DNA from: an uncultured Planctomycetales bacterium
GTDB lineage: Bacteria; Omnitrophota; Gorgyraeia; Gygaellales; Profunditerraquicolaceae
Direction of reading: 5' to 3'
Assembly (NCBI GenBank): GCA_964582765.1
Contig: CAZOSW010000005.1
Coordinates: forward strand, 1-47,210
Length of the DNA: 47,210 bases
Numbering within the stretch: the stretch's first letter is position 1; the number at the start of each line of letters is the position of its first letter. The notes under the pieces are model-generated. The model was not told the origin of the DNA, searched no databases, and saw only the letters and a program-made list of their open reading frames with translations. The position numbers and the translations under genes are program-made. Positions 8,177 through 18,098 of the stretch are shown here, one piece after another.

Positions 8177-9415
8177 TTATTTAATAAAAGAAGTAAAAAA
8201 TAGAATTAAAGAAAGCAGGATCATCCCGGCCATTATTAATATTGTAAAGAAATTATAGAACCCGGAATTTGTATATTTACCCATCAGGCGTTTATTATTA
8301 ACCAAAAGCAGCATGAATACTAGCACAAAAGGAAGCAGGATTCCGTTAGTAGCCTGAGATATAAGCATAATCGGTATAAGTTTTACTCCCGGTATTAATA
8401 TAACCGCAGCACCGATTGCAATAATTGCCGTGTATAAGCTATAAAATTGCGGCGCTTCTTTAAAAGTGCGGTTAACTCCTATTTCCCAACCCATGCCTTC
8501 GCATACCGAATACGCGGTAGACAGGGGTAAGATGCAGGCGGAAAAAACCGAAGCATTAAGAAGGCCAAAGGCAAAAAGATAAAAACAGTATTGCCCGGCT
8601 AAAGGTTTTAAAGCAAGGGCGGCGTCCTTGGCTGTTTCAATCCTTATGCCATTAGCAAAAAGGGTATTAGCGCATACTATGATGATAAAAATGGCAATAA
8701 TATTAACTATAAATGCGCCAATGATTACATCAAGACGGCTGTATTTATAGTTTTCTATCTTAATACCTTTTTCTACTATCGAAGATTGTTGGTAAAATTG
8801 CATCCATGGTGCGATGGTGGTGCCTACGACTCCGATAAGCATAAAAACATAAGCTTTATCAAAATGAAATTGCGGGGAAATTGAGCTTGAAGCAATCATT
8901 TTCCAGTCAGGCTTAGAGAGGAATCCCGAAACTATATAGCAAAGGTAAAATAAGCAGGCAACCAAAAAAACTTTTTCAACTGATTTATAAGTTCCTTTTA
9001 CAATAAGCCACCAGACGAATAACGCACATATTGGTACAAGTAAGTATTTACTGATTCCAAAGAGTTCGGCGCTGGCGGCAATACCGGCAAACTCTGAAAT
9101 TGTGTTAAAAATATTAGAAAATACCAGAACAGTCATTGCGTAAAAGGTAACTTTGACTCCAAATTCCTCGCGTATTAGGTCTGCAAGGCCCTTGCCTGTA
9201 ACTATAGCCATACGGCTGCACATCTCCTGAATTATTACTAAAGCGATAATAATCGGGATGAATGACCATATCAGGGTGTAGCCAAAATGCGCGCCGGCGA
9301 CTGAATAAGTAGTTATGCCTCCGGCATCGTTATCGACGTTAGCGGTGATAATACCCGGGCCCATTACCGAAAGAAAGATTAAAATTTTTACCCAGTAACT
9401 TTTTAATTTTCTCAT
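8177..9415 (-). CDS. NRAMP-family divalent metal transporter (Mg2+-type NRMT subgroup likely)
   Basis: About 11 hydrophobic helices. TM1 GPGIITANVDNDAGG and TM6 GTTIAPW replace the canonical DPGN/MPH motifs. Confidence 0.9.
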   Translation of the reverse strand: MRKLKSYWVKILIFLSVMGPGIITANVDNDAGGITTYSVAGAHFGYTLIWSFIPIIIALVIIQEMCSRMAIVTGKGLADLIREEFGVKVTFYAMTVLVFSNIFNTISEFAGIAASAELFGISKYLLVPICALFVWWLIVKGTYKSVEKVFLVACLFYLCYIVSGFLSKPDWKMIASSSISPQFHFDKAYVFMLIGVVGTTIAPWMQFYQQSSIVEKGIKIENYKYSRLDVIIGAFIVNIIAIFIIIVCANTLFANGIRIETAKDAALALKPLAGQYCFYLFAFGLLNASVFSACILPLSTAYSVCEGMGWEIGVNRTFKEAPQFYSLYTAIIAIGAAVILIPGVKLIPIMLISQATNGILLPFVLVFMLLLVNNKRLMGKYTNSGFYNFFTILIMAGMILLSLILFFTSFIK

Positions 9416-10740
9416 GTCGCCTGAAAGATTTTTATCTTTTTTAACCTGCGCCAGGCAAAGGCAATTAACTGGCTTAAGATATCATCAACGGTTATAATCC
9501 CCTGCAGGATGTTGTTTTCATCGACAACCGGTATAGCAAAATACTTATATTTTTCCATCAAATAAGCAACTTCCTTGACGCTTGAATCAAGGCGGACGAA
9601 ATATGTTTTAGGAAAAGCAGAATTTTGGATAGGTTCTTCCGGGCCTGCCATAATAAGCCGGCGTAAATTAGTTGCGTTAATAAGGTGCCCGGTTTCATCA
9701 ATAATATAAATAGACTGTACAGGTTCGGACTTAAATTTACGCTCCTTTATTTGGTTTAAGGCAGACTGCACGGGAGTATCTTTGGCAAAGGCGATATATT
9801 CGGTAGTCATCAGCCCGCCGGCAGAATCCCCGGAGTAACCCAGAAGCTGCGAAAGGCGCTTGGAGTATTTATTTTCAATTAGATTAAGAATATGTTTGGT
9901 CTTATCTTGGGGTAATTTTTCTAAAAAGTCCGTGGCCTCATCCGAAGGAATATTGTTAAACAATTCAGAAATCTGTTGGTCAGTGCTTTCCTCAAGAAGC
10001 AGGCGCTGGGTTTTAAAATCAATATTGGTAAAAATTTTAGCTTTGTTTGCAAGATTTAAGGATTTAAAAAGCGCGATTTGATGGTTAATATTCAAATCCA
10101 GAAAGATGTCCCCCAAGTCTGCGGCGGGGATATTAGTAAGATTTTTTTGCGGCATGTCAATTTTTATCGACATGCTTACCGGGTTAATGGTAAGCGGTTG
10201 AATATATTTCCATGAGATTAGATGCTCGTTTTTAAGGTATTTTGCCTTCGGGTTAAATAAATTTACAATTAAATCCACCATTTTTTCAAAACCCAGGCGC
10301 CTAAATAACCCACGGCCGCCGATATCTACGTGGGCAATCATTAATGCATGATCAACGATTAAAAGCTGGATATCATTTACGCGGATAACTTTATGATTAT
10401 AGGTATCAACCACTTGCTGGTCGAGTATGTCGCGCCTTAAGGTAAGTTCTTTTTTATCATCGTGAACTTCAATATAATTTAGCGCAGATCCTTGAGTCTT
10501 TAGGGTACAGCCTTCCTTATCGATGCGTTCAATATCCTGCCAATTTATTAGTGCATATTTACGGTTAGGGAAACCTTTGCGGATAATTAGGCCATCTGAA
10601 ACCGGGTATACCTGCGAAGGTTTTACTATTAAATCATAAATTTCTCCGATTCTCCTGCCGTCTTTGTCCAGTACAGGCCTATCCATTAGCTCGGAGAAAA
10701 AAATAAACATTTTAGTAGCGTTAGCAATAGAGGTAATCAT
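9412..10740 (-). CDS. Soluble MgtE-like protein (PRC-barrel, MgtE N-domain, CBS pair; no membrane domain)
   Basis: PRC-like VLDKDGRRIGEIYDL, DSAGGLMTTEY and CBS motif IPVVDENNILQGIITVDD. No transmembrane stretch follows. Confidence 0.88.
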   Translation of the reverse strand: MITSIANATKMFIFFSELMDRPVLDKDGRRIGEIYDLIVKPSQVYPVSDGLIIRKGFPNRKYALINWQDIERIDKEGCTLKTQGSALNYIEVHDDKKELTLRRDILDQQVVDTYNHKVIRVNDIQLLIVDHALMIAHVDIGGRGLFRRLGFEKMVDLIVNLFNPKAKYLKNEHLISWKYIQPLTINPVSMSIKIDMPQKNLTNIPAADLGDIFLDLNINHQIALFKSLNLANKAKIFTNIDFKTQRLLLEESTDQQISELFNNIPSDEATDFLEKLPQDKTKHILNLIENKYSKRLSQLLGYSGDSAGGLMTTEYIAFAKDTPVQSALNQIKERKFKSEPVQSIYIIDETGHLINATNLRRLIMAGPEEPIQNSAFPKTYFVRLDSSVKEVAYLMEKYKYFAIPVVDENNILQGIITVDDILSQLIAFAWRRLKKIKIFQAT

Positions 10741-11675
10741 CAGTAAATTTTTGCTTTTGCTTTCGGGAACTTTCTTAATAGTTCTTTAGTTTTTTCTTTA
10801 CCCAAGACAAATATTGCAGTAGATAAAGCGTCAGCTTCGAGCCCTGTATCGGCGATTACCGTTATAGCGGCAATACTCGAATCAGCCGGGTATCCTGTTT
10901 TAGGATTTAAAATATGGCTGTAACGCTTCTTGTCCTTAAAAAAGAATTGTTCGTAATCTCCGCTGGTTGAAACGGATTGGTTTTTTAACTCCAAGTTGCC
11001 GGTGATTCCTTTGTTGCGCGGATTTTTTATGGCAATCCTCCATGGTTTGCCAAACCTATCTCCAAGTGCGTAAACTTGTCCGCCGGCATTAATCAGGCAA
11101 CTATCGATCTTGTTTTCTTTTAACTTCTTTATCGCGCAATCTAGAGCAAATCCTTTGGCGATTGCCCCCAGGTCAATTTTCATTCCGGGAAGTTTAAATT
11201 CTACCATATTATCCGATTCACGCAAAATAATTTTATCGCTTCCAATAAGCCGCAAAGTATCTTTGATTGCATCATTACTTGGCAGGCGGTACTTCTGATT
11301 AGTAAACCCCCAAAGCTCGGCTAACGGGGCAATAGTTATGTCAAATGCACCATTGCTTGCTTTCCAGAATTCTTTCGATTTTTTTATTAAGTAAAAAGTA
11401 TCCGGGCTTACTTTTAATTTTCCTCTACGATTAAGGCGGGAGATTTCACTGTCTGATTGGTATTTACTGAGTAATTGCTCAATGCGGCTTGCTTGGCTAA
11501 AAACAATTTGGCTTGCTTTTTTATCAGGCGAGGTTACTTCCCAGAATGTCCCCATTAAAATCTGCCTGCTGCGGTAAAGTTTCCGGGGGCGTTGAGCTAA
11601 AAATGATAGAGTGACAGCCCAGCCAATTATTAAAAAAGCAACTAAATATTTTCGAGTCCTTTTACTAAAAGCCAT
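10740..11675 (-). CDS. apbE: FAD:protein FMN transferase
   Basis: MGT, GAFDIT, IDLGAIAKG, STSGDYE, HILNPKTG and ADALSTA. N-terminal hydrophobic anchor. Confidence 0.95.
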   Translation of the reverse strand: MAFSKRTRKYLVAFLIIGWAVTLSFLAQRPRKLYRSRQILMGTFWEVTSPDKKASQIVFSQASRIEQLLSKYQSDSEISRLNRRGKLKVSPDTFYLIKKSKEFWKASNGAFDITIAPLAELWGFTNQKYRLPSNDAIKDTLRLIGSDKIILRESDNMVEFKLPGMKIDLGAIAKGFALDCAIKKLKENKIDSCLINAGGQVYALGDRFGKPWRIAIKNPRNKGITGNLELKNQSVSTSGDYEQFFFKDKKRYSHILNPKTGYPADSSIAAITVIADTGLEADALSTAIFVLGKEKTKELLRKFPKAKAKIY

Positions 11676-11677
11676 TT

Positions 11678-12607
11678 TTAGCCGGCTGATTGTTTGTAGG
11701 TTAATTCTATGGTGTTTATCAGGTCAAGCAGAAATTTATTGGTTGGCACTTCAATTCCCAGTTCTTGTCCAAGGCGCACGACTACTCCGTTAATAAAATC
11801 AACCTCGGTACGTTTTTTTCTTAATACATCCTGAAGCATCGAAGAAAGATTGCCTGATGTGCTTTCGCATACTGCCTCGACTTTAGCCAGCGGGTCATCA
11901 AAAACCAATTTAATGCGTTTTCTTTTAGCGATTCGGGTGGCTTCGGTAACCGCGTCCCTTAAAATTCGCTTTGTGCCTTCGAATTGCGTAAGTTTACCGT
12001 TCGGCAGCCTGGTAATTGCGCTTAGGGCATTAATGCCGACATTAATAATTAATTTTGACCAGATTAAGCTTTTTATATCGCGGGTCATTTTAGTTTCAAA
12101 TCCTGCTTTATTAAAAGCCTCGCGGATAGCACGCATCTCAACCGGAGTTTTTCCGCAAAGGGTTCCGATTATTGTTTCACCTCGTCCGGCATGGCGGATT
12201 TTTCCTAAGTCAATCAAGGTAGCGCCTTCATTAGTCACGCCTGCGATTACCCTTTCTTCTCCGGCAACCTCAGAAATAATTTCTATGTTTCCTATTCCGT
12301 TTTGCAGGGTCAAAATTTTGGTATTATCAGACAGAAGAGGCTTGGCCAGCTCGATAGCTGATTTAGTATTAAAAGATTTTACGCAGATAAGTATCAGGTC
12401 GCATTTTCCGATATCGGCAATACTGGCTGTGGTTTTTATTTTTATATGCCAAGAACCGCTTAAGCCCTCTAAAGAAATTCCGGATTCATTAAGCCTGGCG
12501 GCATTTTCTTTATTTTTATCTAATAGCCAAACATCTTCCTTTGATTTGGCTAAAAAGGCAGCAAAAAGGCATCCCATGGCCCCCGGGCCGACAACAACAA
12601 TCTTCAT
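11678..12607 (-). CDS. panE: 2-dehydropantoate 2-reductase
   Basis: GPGAMG, LQNG, WSKLIIN and SSMLQD...TEVDFING. Confidence 0.95.
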   Translation of the reverse strand: MKIVVVGPGAMGCLFAAFLAKSKEDVWLLDKNKENAARLNESGISLEGLSGSWHIKIKTTASIADIGKCDLILICVKSFNTKSAIELAKPLLSDNTKILTLQNGIGNIEIISEVAGEERVIAGVTNEGATLIDLGKIRHAGRGETIIGTLCGKTPVEMRAIREAFNKAGFETKMTRDIKSLIWSKLIINVGINALSAITRLPNGKLTQFEGTKRILRDAVTEATRIAKRKRIKLVFDDPLAKVEAVCESTSGNLSSMLQDVLRKKRTEVDFINGVVVRLGQELGIEVPTNKFLLDLINTIELTYKQSAG

Positions 12608-13359
12608 ACCGGCTCCTCCATTTTATTTAATACTTTCTGAGATTTTAGTTCACGGCCAAGATGGAAGTTTAAAAATGCATTCAAAATTAGGTCGAGTTCC
12701 TTTTTTATCTGGGGATTCATTCCTAAACTAAGGCTGCTTAAAAAAGTATTCTTTTCAATATGCAATATCGTCGCAATTGTTCCGCGGAATATTGATCGGC
12801 TACTAGGGTCTTTTTGCATGCAACCGGGGCAAAGCAGGCCGCCGAGTGATAAGCTAAATTTAGATTGGCCCATTATTTTTTCCCTGCAGGAAACGCATGA
12901 ATCAAAATGAGGTTTAAATCCCGACAGATTTAGCATTTTAATTTTAAAAATGGTTGCGATTTTTTCCGGGTTATAATTAGTTTCCAATTCTTTTATGCTA
13001 GCTAGCGCCAAATTAAAAATTTCCTCGTTTTTGTCTTCAGGTTGCATTATTGAGCTCAAGAGCTCCATCATAAATCCTGCTGTAGTTGCCCTCTCTACGC
13101 TTTGCCTTATACCGGAAAAATTATTCAGTTTGTCCGCTTGAGTTATTAAATGCAGGCCTGAGTGGGTCTTTCGATAAAAGATTATTTCATTTAAAGAGAA
13201 TAGTTCTAAATTTGAAGCAAACTTCTCCGGCTCTGTGCGGATACCCTTAAGTATTCCGCTTATTTTTCCAAATTCTTTAGTATAAAGATCTGCAATTATT
13301 GAGGTCTCCCGCAGGTCCCGTTTGTTTAAAACAAGGCCGCAAGCCTTATCTATCGACAT
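12604..13359 (-). CDS. recO: DNA repair protein RecO
   Basis: N-terminal OB fold (RETSII, TKEFGKI) and Zn finger CVSC...GGLLCPGC. Lies downstream of ybeY. Confidence 0.93.
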   Translation of the reverse strand: MSIDKACGLVLNKRDLRETSIIADLYTKEFGKISGILKGIRTEPEKFASNLELFSLNEIIFYRKTHSGLHLITQADKLNNFSGIRQSVERATTAGFMMELLSSIMQPEDKNEEIFNLALASIKELETNYNPEKIATIFKIKMLNLSGFKPHFDSCVSCREKIMGQSKFSLSLGGLLCPGCMQKDPSSRSIFRGTIATILHIEKNTFLSSLSLGMNPQIKKELDLILNAFLNFHLGRELKSQKVLNKMEEPV

Positions 13360-13765
13360 ATTGCTTTTCCTTTTTACGCATTAATTTTATTTGATTTTCG
13401 TTCTGATCGTTATATCCGAGTATATGCAATATGCCATGAGTAACATAAAGAGATAATTCATAATCAACAGTTGTTTTAAAATCCTTCGCCTGTTTTATTA
13501 CCGTATCAGTAGAAATCATAATATCAGCTAAAAGCACCTTCTTGTTATTTTTGTCGCTTAAATTAAATGCTAAAACATCGGTTGAGCTGTTAGTTTTATG
13601 GAATTTAGCATTAAATTTCTTGATAAAAGGATTATCTACAAAACAAATATTAATCCAGCCAGTTTCTTTTACCGCTTCGTTTTTTAAAATTTTAAGGACC
13701 AATTCTTTTATTTTTACCGGATGTATTGTTAATTTCTTTTGTAAATTTTTTATGGTTATTTTCAC
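13346..13765 (-). CDS. ybeY: rRNA maturation endoribonuclease YbeY
   Basis: TDVLAF and HGILHILGYND (the usual third His after D is absent). GTG start with AAGGAG RBS. Confidence 0.92.
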   Translation of the reverse strand: MKITIKNLQKKLTIHPVKIKELVLKILKNEAVKETGWINICFVDNPFIKKFNAKFHKTNSSTDVLAFNLSDKNNKKVLLADIMISTDTVIKQAKDFKTTVDYELSLYVTHGILHILGYNDQNENQIKLMRKKEKQYVDR

Positions 13766-13823
13766 TCAGTCACTCCTTGAGGTATTGATTTAGGCTCTTC
13801 CAAAGAGAGGTTAGGTTATTCTT

Positions 13824-15131
13824 TTAAGAGTAGCTTACGCGGCTATGATATATACCGCTTAATATTTTAATAAAAACGCTTGATATCTTTTCAATATCTT
13901 TTAAGGTAAGTTCGCATTCGTCAAGCTGCCCGTCGATGAATTTATTATTTATTACCTTACGCACCATTTCTTCAATTTTATCCGGGTTAGGATCCTTTAA
14001 AGAACGGGTAGCTGCTTCAACAGAATCTGCCAGTAAGACAATCGCAGTTTCTTTAGTATCCGGTTTTGGCCCGGGATAGCGGAATCCTTCCTCGGTTATT
14101 TCTTGTTTTTCTTCTTTTCCTTCAAGCGCGCGGCGGTAAAAATAATAGACAAGGCTGTTGCCATGGTGTTGTTGGATGAAGCCCCAGAGTGCAGGAGAAA
14201 GGGAATATTTTTTAGCTAGCTCAAGCCCTTCTTTTATATGATTCATGATGATTAATTTACTCATCGTCGGAGAAAGGTCATCGTGACGGTTGATCTTTAT
14301 GTCCTGATTTTCAATAAAATATTCTGGTTTATGTAATTTTCCGATATCATGATAATAAGCGCCGATTCTCGCAAGTAAGCCGTTTGCGCCTACGGCAGTA
14401 CAAGCCGTATCTGAAAGGTTGCCGACAATAAGGCTGTGGTGATAGGTGCCTGGTGCCTCAAGTATCAAGCGTTGTAAAACCGGATGGCTTAAATCCGCTA
14501 GTTCAAGCAGGCTAATGTTAGTTACTCTCTGAAGTATATATTCAAATAAAGGAAGGACACCTAAAGTAATAACACCGCTGACCAGGCCGTTGATTAAAAT
14601 TATTAGATATCTTTGGGGCGCGGTAATTAAGAAGCTCTCAAGAAGAATTAAGCTCGCTAACTGGAATATACCGGAGATGACTCCTGCGCGGATTACTGTG
14701 GTGCGTTTACGCGCTCCGTTTACTAAAAGTATTGCGCCTGTACAAGATGCCATAAAAATAAACCAGGTTTTAAAGGGATCCGGAGTTAAAGTCGCCAGCG
14801 GTAGACTGGTTGCTAGCGCCAGAAAATAAGCCACTTCAAGATTGTTAAATAGCAATACAGCCAGCATTGGGATGATTGCGATGGGAATAAAATAAAACGA
14901 TAATCCCTGTTTAAGAAAGGTGTAGCCGATGCAGAAAGAAATTAAAAAGAGGAAACTTAAATTAGCAAGGTTTGCGTTTTTTATTTTAGAAAACTTTTTA
15001 TAGAAACACAGATAGAGGGTAATTAGAAAAAATGGGACAGCGGGATTTATACGTATGATATAGGCAAATACGCATAAAAGCGCGCATATTCCTATGGGGG
15101 TTAATTTGTTTTTATTGAGCAGTTTTTTCAT
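13824..15131 (-). CDS. 7TM-HDIG phosphohydrolase (PgpH-like, without large extracellular domain)
   Basis: Multiple transmembrane helices, then APGTYHHS, YYHDIGK, HHG, FRYPGPKP and LADSVEAA. Confidence 0.93.
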   Translation of the reverse strand: MKKLLNKNKLTPIGICALLCVFAYIIRINPAVPFFLITLYLCFYKKFSKIKNANLANLSFLFLISFCIGYTFLKQGLSFYFIPIAIIPMLAVLLFNNLEVAYFLALATSLPLATLTPDPFKTWFIFMASCTGAILLVNGARKRTTVIRAGVISGIFQLASLILLESFLITAPQRYLIILINGLVSGVITLGVLPLFEYILQRVTNISLLELADLSHPVLQRLILEAPGTYHHSLIVGNLSDTACTAVGANGLLARIGAYYHDIGKLHKPEYFIENQDIKINRHDDLSPTMSKLIIMNHIKEGLELAKKYSLSPALWGFIQQHHGNSLVYYFYRRALEGKEEKQEITEEGFRYPGPKPDTKETAIVLLADSVEAATRSLKDPNPDKIEEMVRKVINNKFIDGQLDECELTLKDIEKISSVFIKILSGIYHSRVSYS

Positions 15132-16062
15132 ATGCTTCGATAATTCTTTGCACTAAAGAATGCCTGACTACGTCAGAGCCGCTAAAATAAATAAATTTTA
15201 TTCCGTCTATTTCTTTGAGTATGTCTTGCGCCTGGAGCAGGCCAATGGGTTTACCAAGCGGCAGGTCGCTTTGCGTTAAGTCTCCCGTAATTACTGCTTT
15301 TGAATCAAACCCTAAGCGGGTTAAAAACATCTTCATCTGTTCGGCAGTACAATTCTGTGCTTCATCAAGGATAATAAAGGCGTCGTTTAAAGTCCTACCA
15401 CGCATGTAAGCAAGCGGCGCTACTTCGATTATTCCGGTCTCAATATATTTTTCAATGCGTTCTACGTCCATCATGTCATATAAGGCATCATAGAGCGGAC
15501 GCAAGTAAGGTGAAATTTTGTCTTGCATGCTGCCGGGAAGAAAACCTAAAGACTCTCCTGCTTCTATGGCCGGCCGGGTTAAAATAATCCTGCGTACTTC
15601 CTGCTTTTTTAGCGCCTCTACTGCGCATACCATCGCTAAATAAGTTTTACCTGTTCCAGCCGGGCCTATGCCAAAAACAATGTCGCCTTTTCCGATTGCC
15701 TCAACGTATTGCCTTTGGCCGGTAGTTTTTGGCCCAATTTGTTTTCCTCCAAAGGTCCGCCTAATGCCGTTATCTAATTGCCCCAACTGTTTGGCTTCCT
15801 TTCCCTTTTTTAGGCCGGAGATTAAATAAGCTAAATCGTTAGCACCTATTTCCTGGTTTCCGGAACGTAATCCTGTAAGCAGATATTCTATAAGCTGGCT
15901 AGCTCTCTTGATATTTGCCGCAGTTCCGCTTAATTTTAAGTGTTCTCCGCGTAAGTTAAGCTTGACTTTAAATTCTTTTTCAATGCTTTTAATATTAGCA
16001 TCTTGGTTACCCATAATTCCCTGAGCTTCGACTTGGGATTGTAATCTGATTATTTTGTCCAT
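15112..16062 (-). CDS. phoH: PhoH-like ATPase
   Basis: GPAGTGKT, LTRPAIEAGESLGFLPG, YMRGRT and DEAQN. Confidence 0.95.
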   Translation of the reverse strand: MDKIIRLQSQVEAQGIMGNQDANIKSIEKEFKVKLNLRGEHLKLSGTAANIKRASQLIEYLLTGLRSGNQEIGANDLAYLISGLKKGKEAKQLGQLDNGIRRTFGGKQIGPKTTGQRQYVEAIGKGDIVFGIGPAGTGKTYLAMVCAVEALKKQEVRRIILTRPAIEAGESLGFLPGSMQDKISPYLRPLYDALYDMMDVERIEKYIETGIIEVAPLAYMRGRTLNDAFIILDEAQNCTAEQMKMFLTRLGFDSKAVITGDLTQSDLPLGKPIGLLQAQDILKEIDGIKFIYFSGSDVVRHSLVQRIIEAYEKTAQ

Positions 16063-16080
16063 ATTAGAATGATGGCTAAG

Positions 16081-16155
16081 ATCCTGCCTACGGCAGGATA
16101 AATTCGGCCAGGCAACTTATGTTCGCTATCGCTCCATAAATTGCGGCCTCATTTA
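16081..16155. repeat. Dispersed double-hairpin element family C, copy C1
   Basis: ATCCTGCC-TAC-GGCAGGAT hairpin, then GGATAAATTCG...AACTTAT...CTCCATAA...GGCCTCATTTA, which matches 28095-28156. Confidence 0.8.
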
Positions 16156-16704
16156 TTTAAGGTTTTCTTCCGGTTCTTCCATTTTTCCAGGCCCTGTTTT
16201 TAATGCGCCAAGAGAAGGGATATTTAGAACTTGTCCTGGATAAAGCCTATCCGGCCCGCGTAAGATATCTTTATTTGCTTCATAAATTTTGTACCATTTT
16301 TTGGTTGTGCCAAAAAATTTCTTGGAAATTTTCTGCAGAGTATCGTTTTTAGCTACGGTATATTTTTCAAAGCCTTGGGTTGTTGTTTCAGCTTGCATCT
16401 CTTGTTCTTGAATCATCGGAGTTTCTTCTATATTTGTATCTGTTATCAGCGGAGTAGTTGCCGGGCATTTTGCGTTAGATTTTTTCGCTACCCCTAATTC
16501 TATTTCAAAAACTCTAGTCGTGCGTGTGGCTGCTCTTTCTTTAGGATCAGGGGCAGTACCCATAAGGTAACCCCGGTTTCCCGAAGATGAAGATAAATCT
16601 TGGTCAACTCTGTCGCGGGTTAAGTTATACGTCCTTGCTACGCATCCTGATAGTGCTAACGTTGATGTTAATACACAAATTCCTGCGAACTTAAGCCTGT
16701 TCAT
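16153..16704 (-). CDS. LysM domain lipoprotein
   Basis: Lipobox LSGC and C-terminal LysM (YTVAKNDTLQKIS...IYEAN...LYPGQVLNIP). Confidence 0.93.
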   Translation of the reverse strand: MNRLKFAGICVLTSTLALSGCVARTYNLTRDRVDQDLSSSSGNRGYLMGTAPDPKERAATRTTRVFEIELGVAKKSNAKCPATTPLITDTNIEETPMIQEQEMQAETTTQGFEKYTVAKNDTLQKISKKFFGTTKKWYKIYEANKDILRGPDRLYPGQVLNIPSLGALKTGPGKMEEPEENLK

Positions 16705-18098
16705 TCTGTTTTCCTCCTTTTAATGGTTATACCCAATTCTTCTAATTGTTTATCGTCAACTTCAGTTGGCGCGCTGGTTAACGGGCAGAATGCAGCTGAA
16801 GTTTTAGGAAAAGTAATTACTTCGCGAATACTGGATTCTGCGGATAGTATTGCTAGCAGCCTGTCTAATCCAAAAGCAACCCCTCCGTGTGGGGGTGCGC
16901 CGAACTGGAAGGCTTCAAGAAGAAAACCAAAACGTTTGCGCGCCTCCTCTTTTTCTATGCCGATAATTTTGAAAATTTTTTCCTGAAGTTCCTGTCGATG
17001 AATTCTTATTGAGCCTGAACCAAGCTCCATCCCATTTAAAACCAAATCATAAGAACGTGACCTGACTTTATCCGGCTGGCTCTCTAAATTTGCTAAATCT
17101 TCTGCAGCCGGGGCAGTAAAAGGATGGTGCTCGCTTTCCCATTGTTTTTTCTCTAGATTAAATTTAAAAAGCGGGAAATCTATGATCCAGCAAAAAGCAA
17201 AATCCGTTTTTTCATCCTTCCTTAAATCAGGTTTGTCTGATTTATATTTTTCCATTGACTCTTTATAGCTTATACGTTTAAACGGTGTCAGGATATCTAT
17301 GTTCTTTAATTCCTTAATAATTAGCTTCATTAGACCTTCAGTTAAAGTAAAGACATCTTCCTCATCTATAAATGACATCTCAATATCTAATTGGGTAAAT
17401 TCCGGTTGGCGGTCAGCGCGCAGGTCTTCATCACGGAAACATTTAGCGATCTGGTAGTACCTTTCAATGCCGGCGACCATAAGAATTTGCTTAAATAGCT
17501 GCGGTGACTGGGGTAGGGCAAAAAATTGACCGGGGTTTGCCCGGGAAGGAACCAGATAATCCCGCGCTCCTTCGGGTGTTGATTTGGTAAGAATTGGGGT
17601 TTCACACTCAATAAAATCATTACTTCCTAAATAATTGCGGATGATTTTATATAGGTTTGAACGCAGGAGTAAGTTGTTAAAAACTTTCTCCCTTCTTAAA
17701 TCAAGGTAGCGGTACTTAAGCCGGATTTCTTCGGTTATATCAATATCATCCTGAATTTCAAATGGAGGCGTATTGCTGGAGTTTAATATTTCAAGTTCTT
17801 TGGCTAAAACTTCTATTTGGCCCGTAATTAGCTTCTGATTAATAGTATTAGCCGGGCGTTTATTTACGACACCTTTTAATTTAATTACAAATTCACTTCG
17901 CAGCTGTCCTGCTTTTTCATAGACATCAGCGGGGCATTGATTAGGTATAAAAACAACTTGAGTCAGACCATAACGATCACGGATATCAATAAAGACTAAT
18001 TTACCGTGGTCGCGCCTTTTAGCAACCCAGCCGCAAAGTGTAATTTCTTTTCCTGTATCGGCGACGGTAAGCTGGCCGCAGGTATGCGTCCTTAGCAT
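16701..18098 (-). CDS. aspS: Aspartate--tRNA ligase, short form lacking the GAD insertion
   Basis: RTHTCG, RDHG, TPEGARDY, LPQSPQLFKQ, FRDEDLRADRQPEFTQLD and GAPPHGG; only 465 aa. Confidence 0.96.
   Translation of the reverse strand: MLRTHTCGQLTVADTGKEITLCGWVAKRRDHGKLVFIDIRDRYGLTQVVFIPNQCPADVYEKAGQLRSEFVIKLKGVVNKRPANTINQKLITGQIEVLAKELEILNSSNTPPFEIQDDIDITEEIRLKYRYLDLRREKVFNNLLLRSNLYKIIRNYLGSNDFIECETPILTKSTPEGARDYLVPSRANPGQFFALPQSPQLFKQILMVAGIERYYQIAKCFRDEDLRADRQPEFTQLDIEMSFIDEEDVFTLTEGLMKLIIKELKNIDILTPFKRISYKESMEKYKSDKPDLRKDEKTDFAFCWIIDFPLFKFNLEKKQWESEHHPFTAPAAEDLANLESQPDKVRSRSYDLVLNGMELGSGSIRIHRQELQEKIFKIIGIEKEEARKRFGFLLEAFQFGAPPHGGVAFGLDRLLAILSAESSIREVITFPKTSAAFCPLTSAPTEVDDKQLEELGITIKRRKTE

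Noticed and set aside
11850-12731. 293-aa plus-strand ORF and the other plus-strand ORFs in the track
   Set aside because: They are antisense shadows of well-supported minus-strand genes and have no recognisable motifs.
13766-13823. Possible read-through or premature stop of the HD gene
   Set aside because: The protein ends at the usual YHSRxxY terminus, and the gap holds the ybeY RBS.
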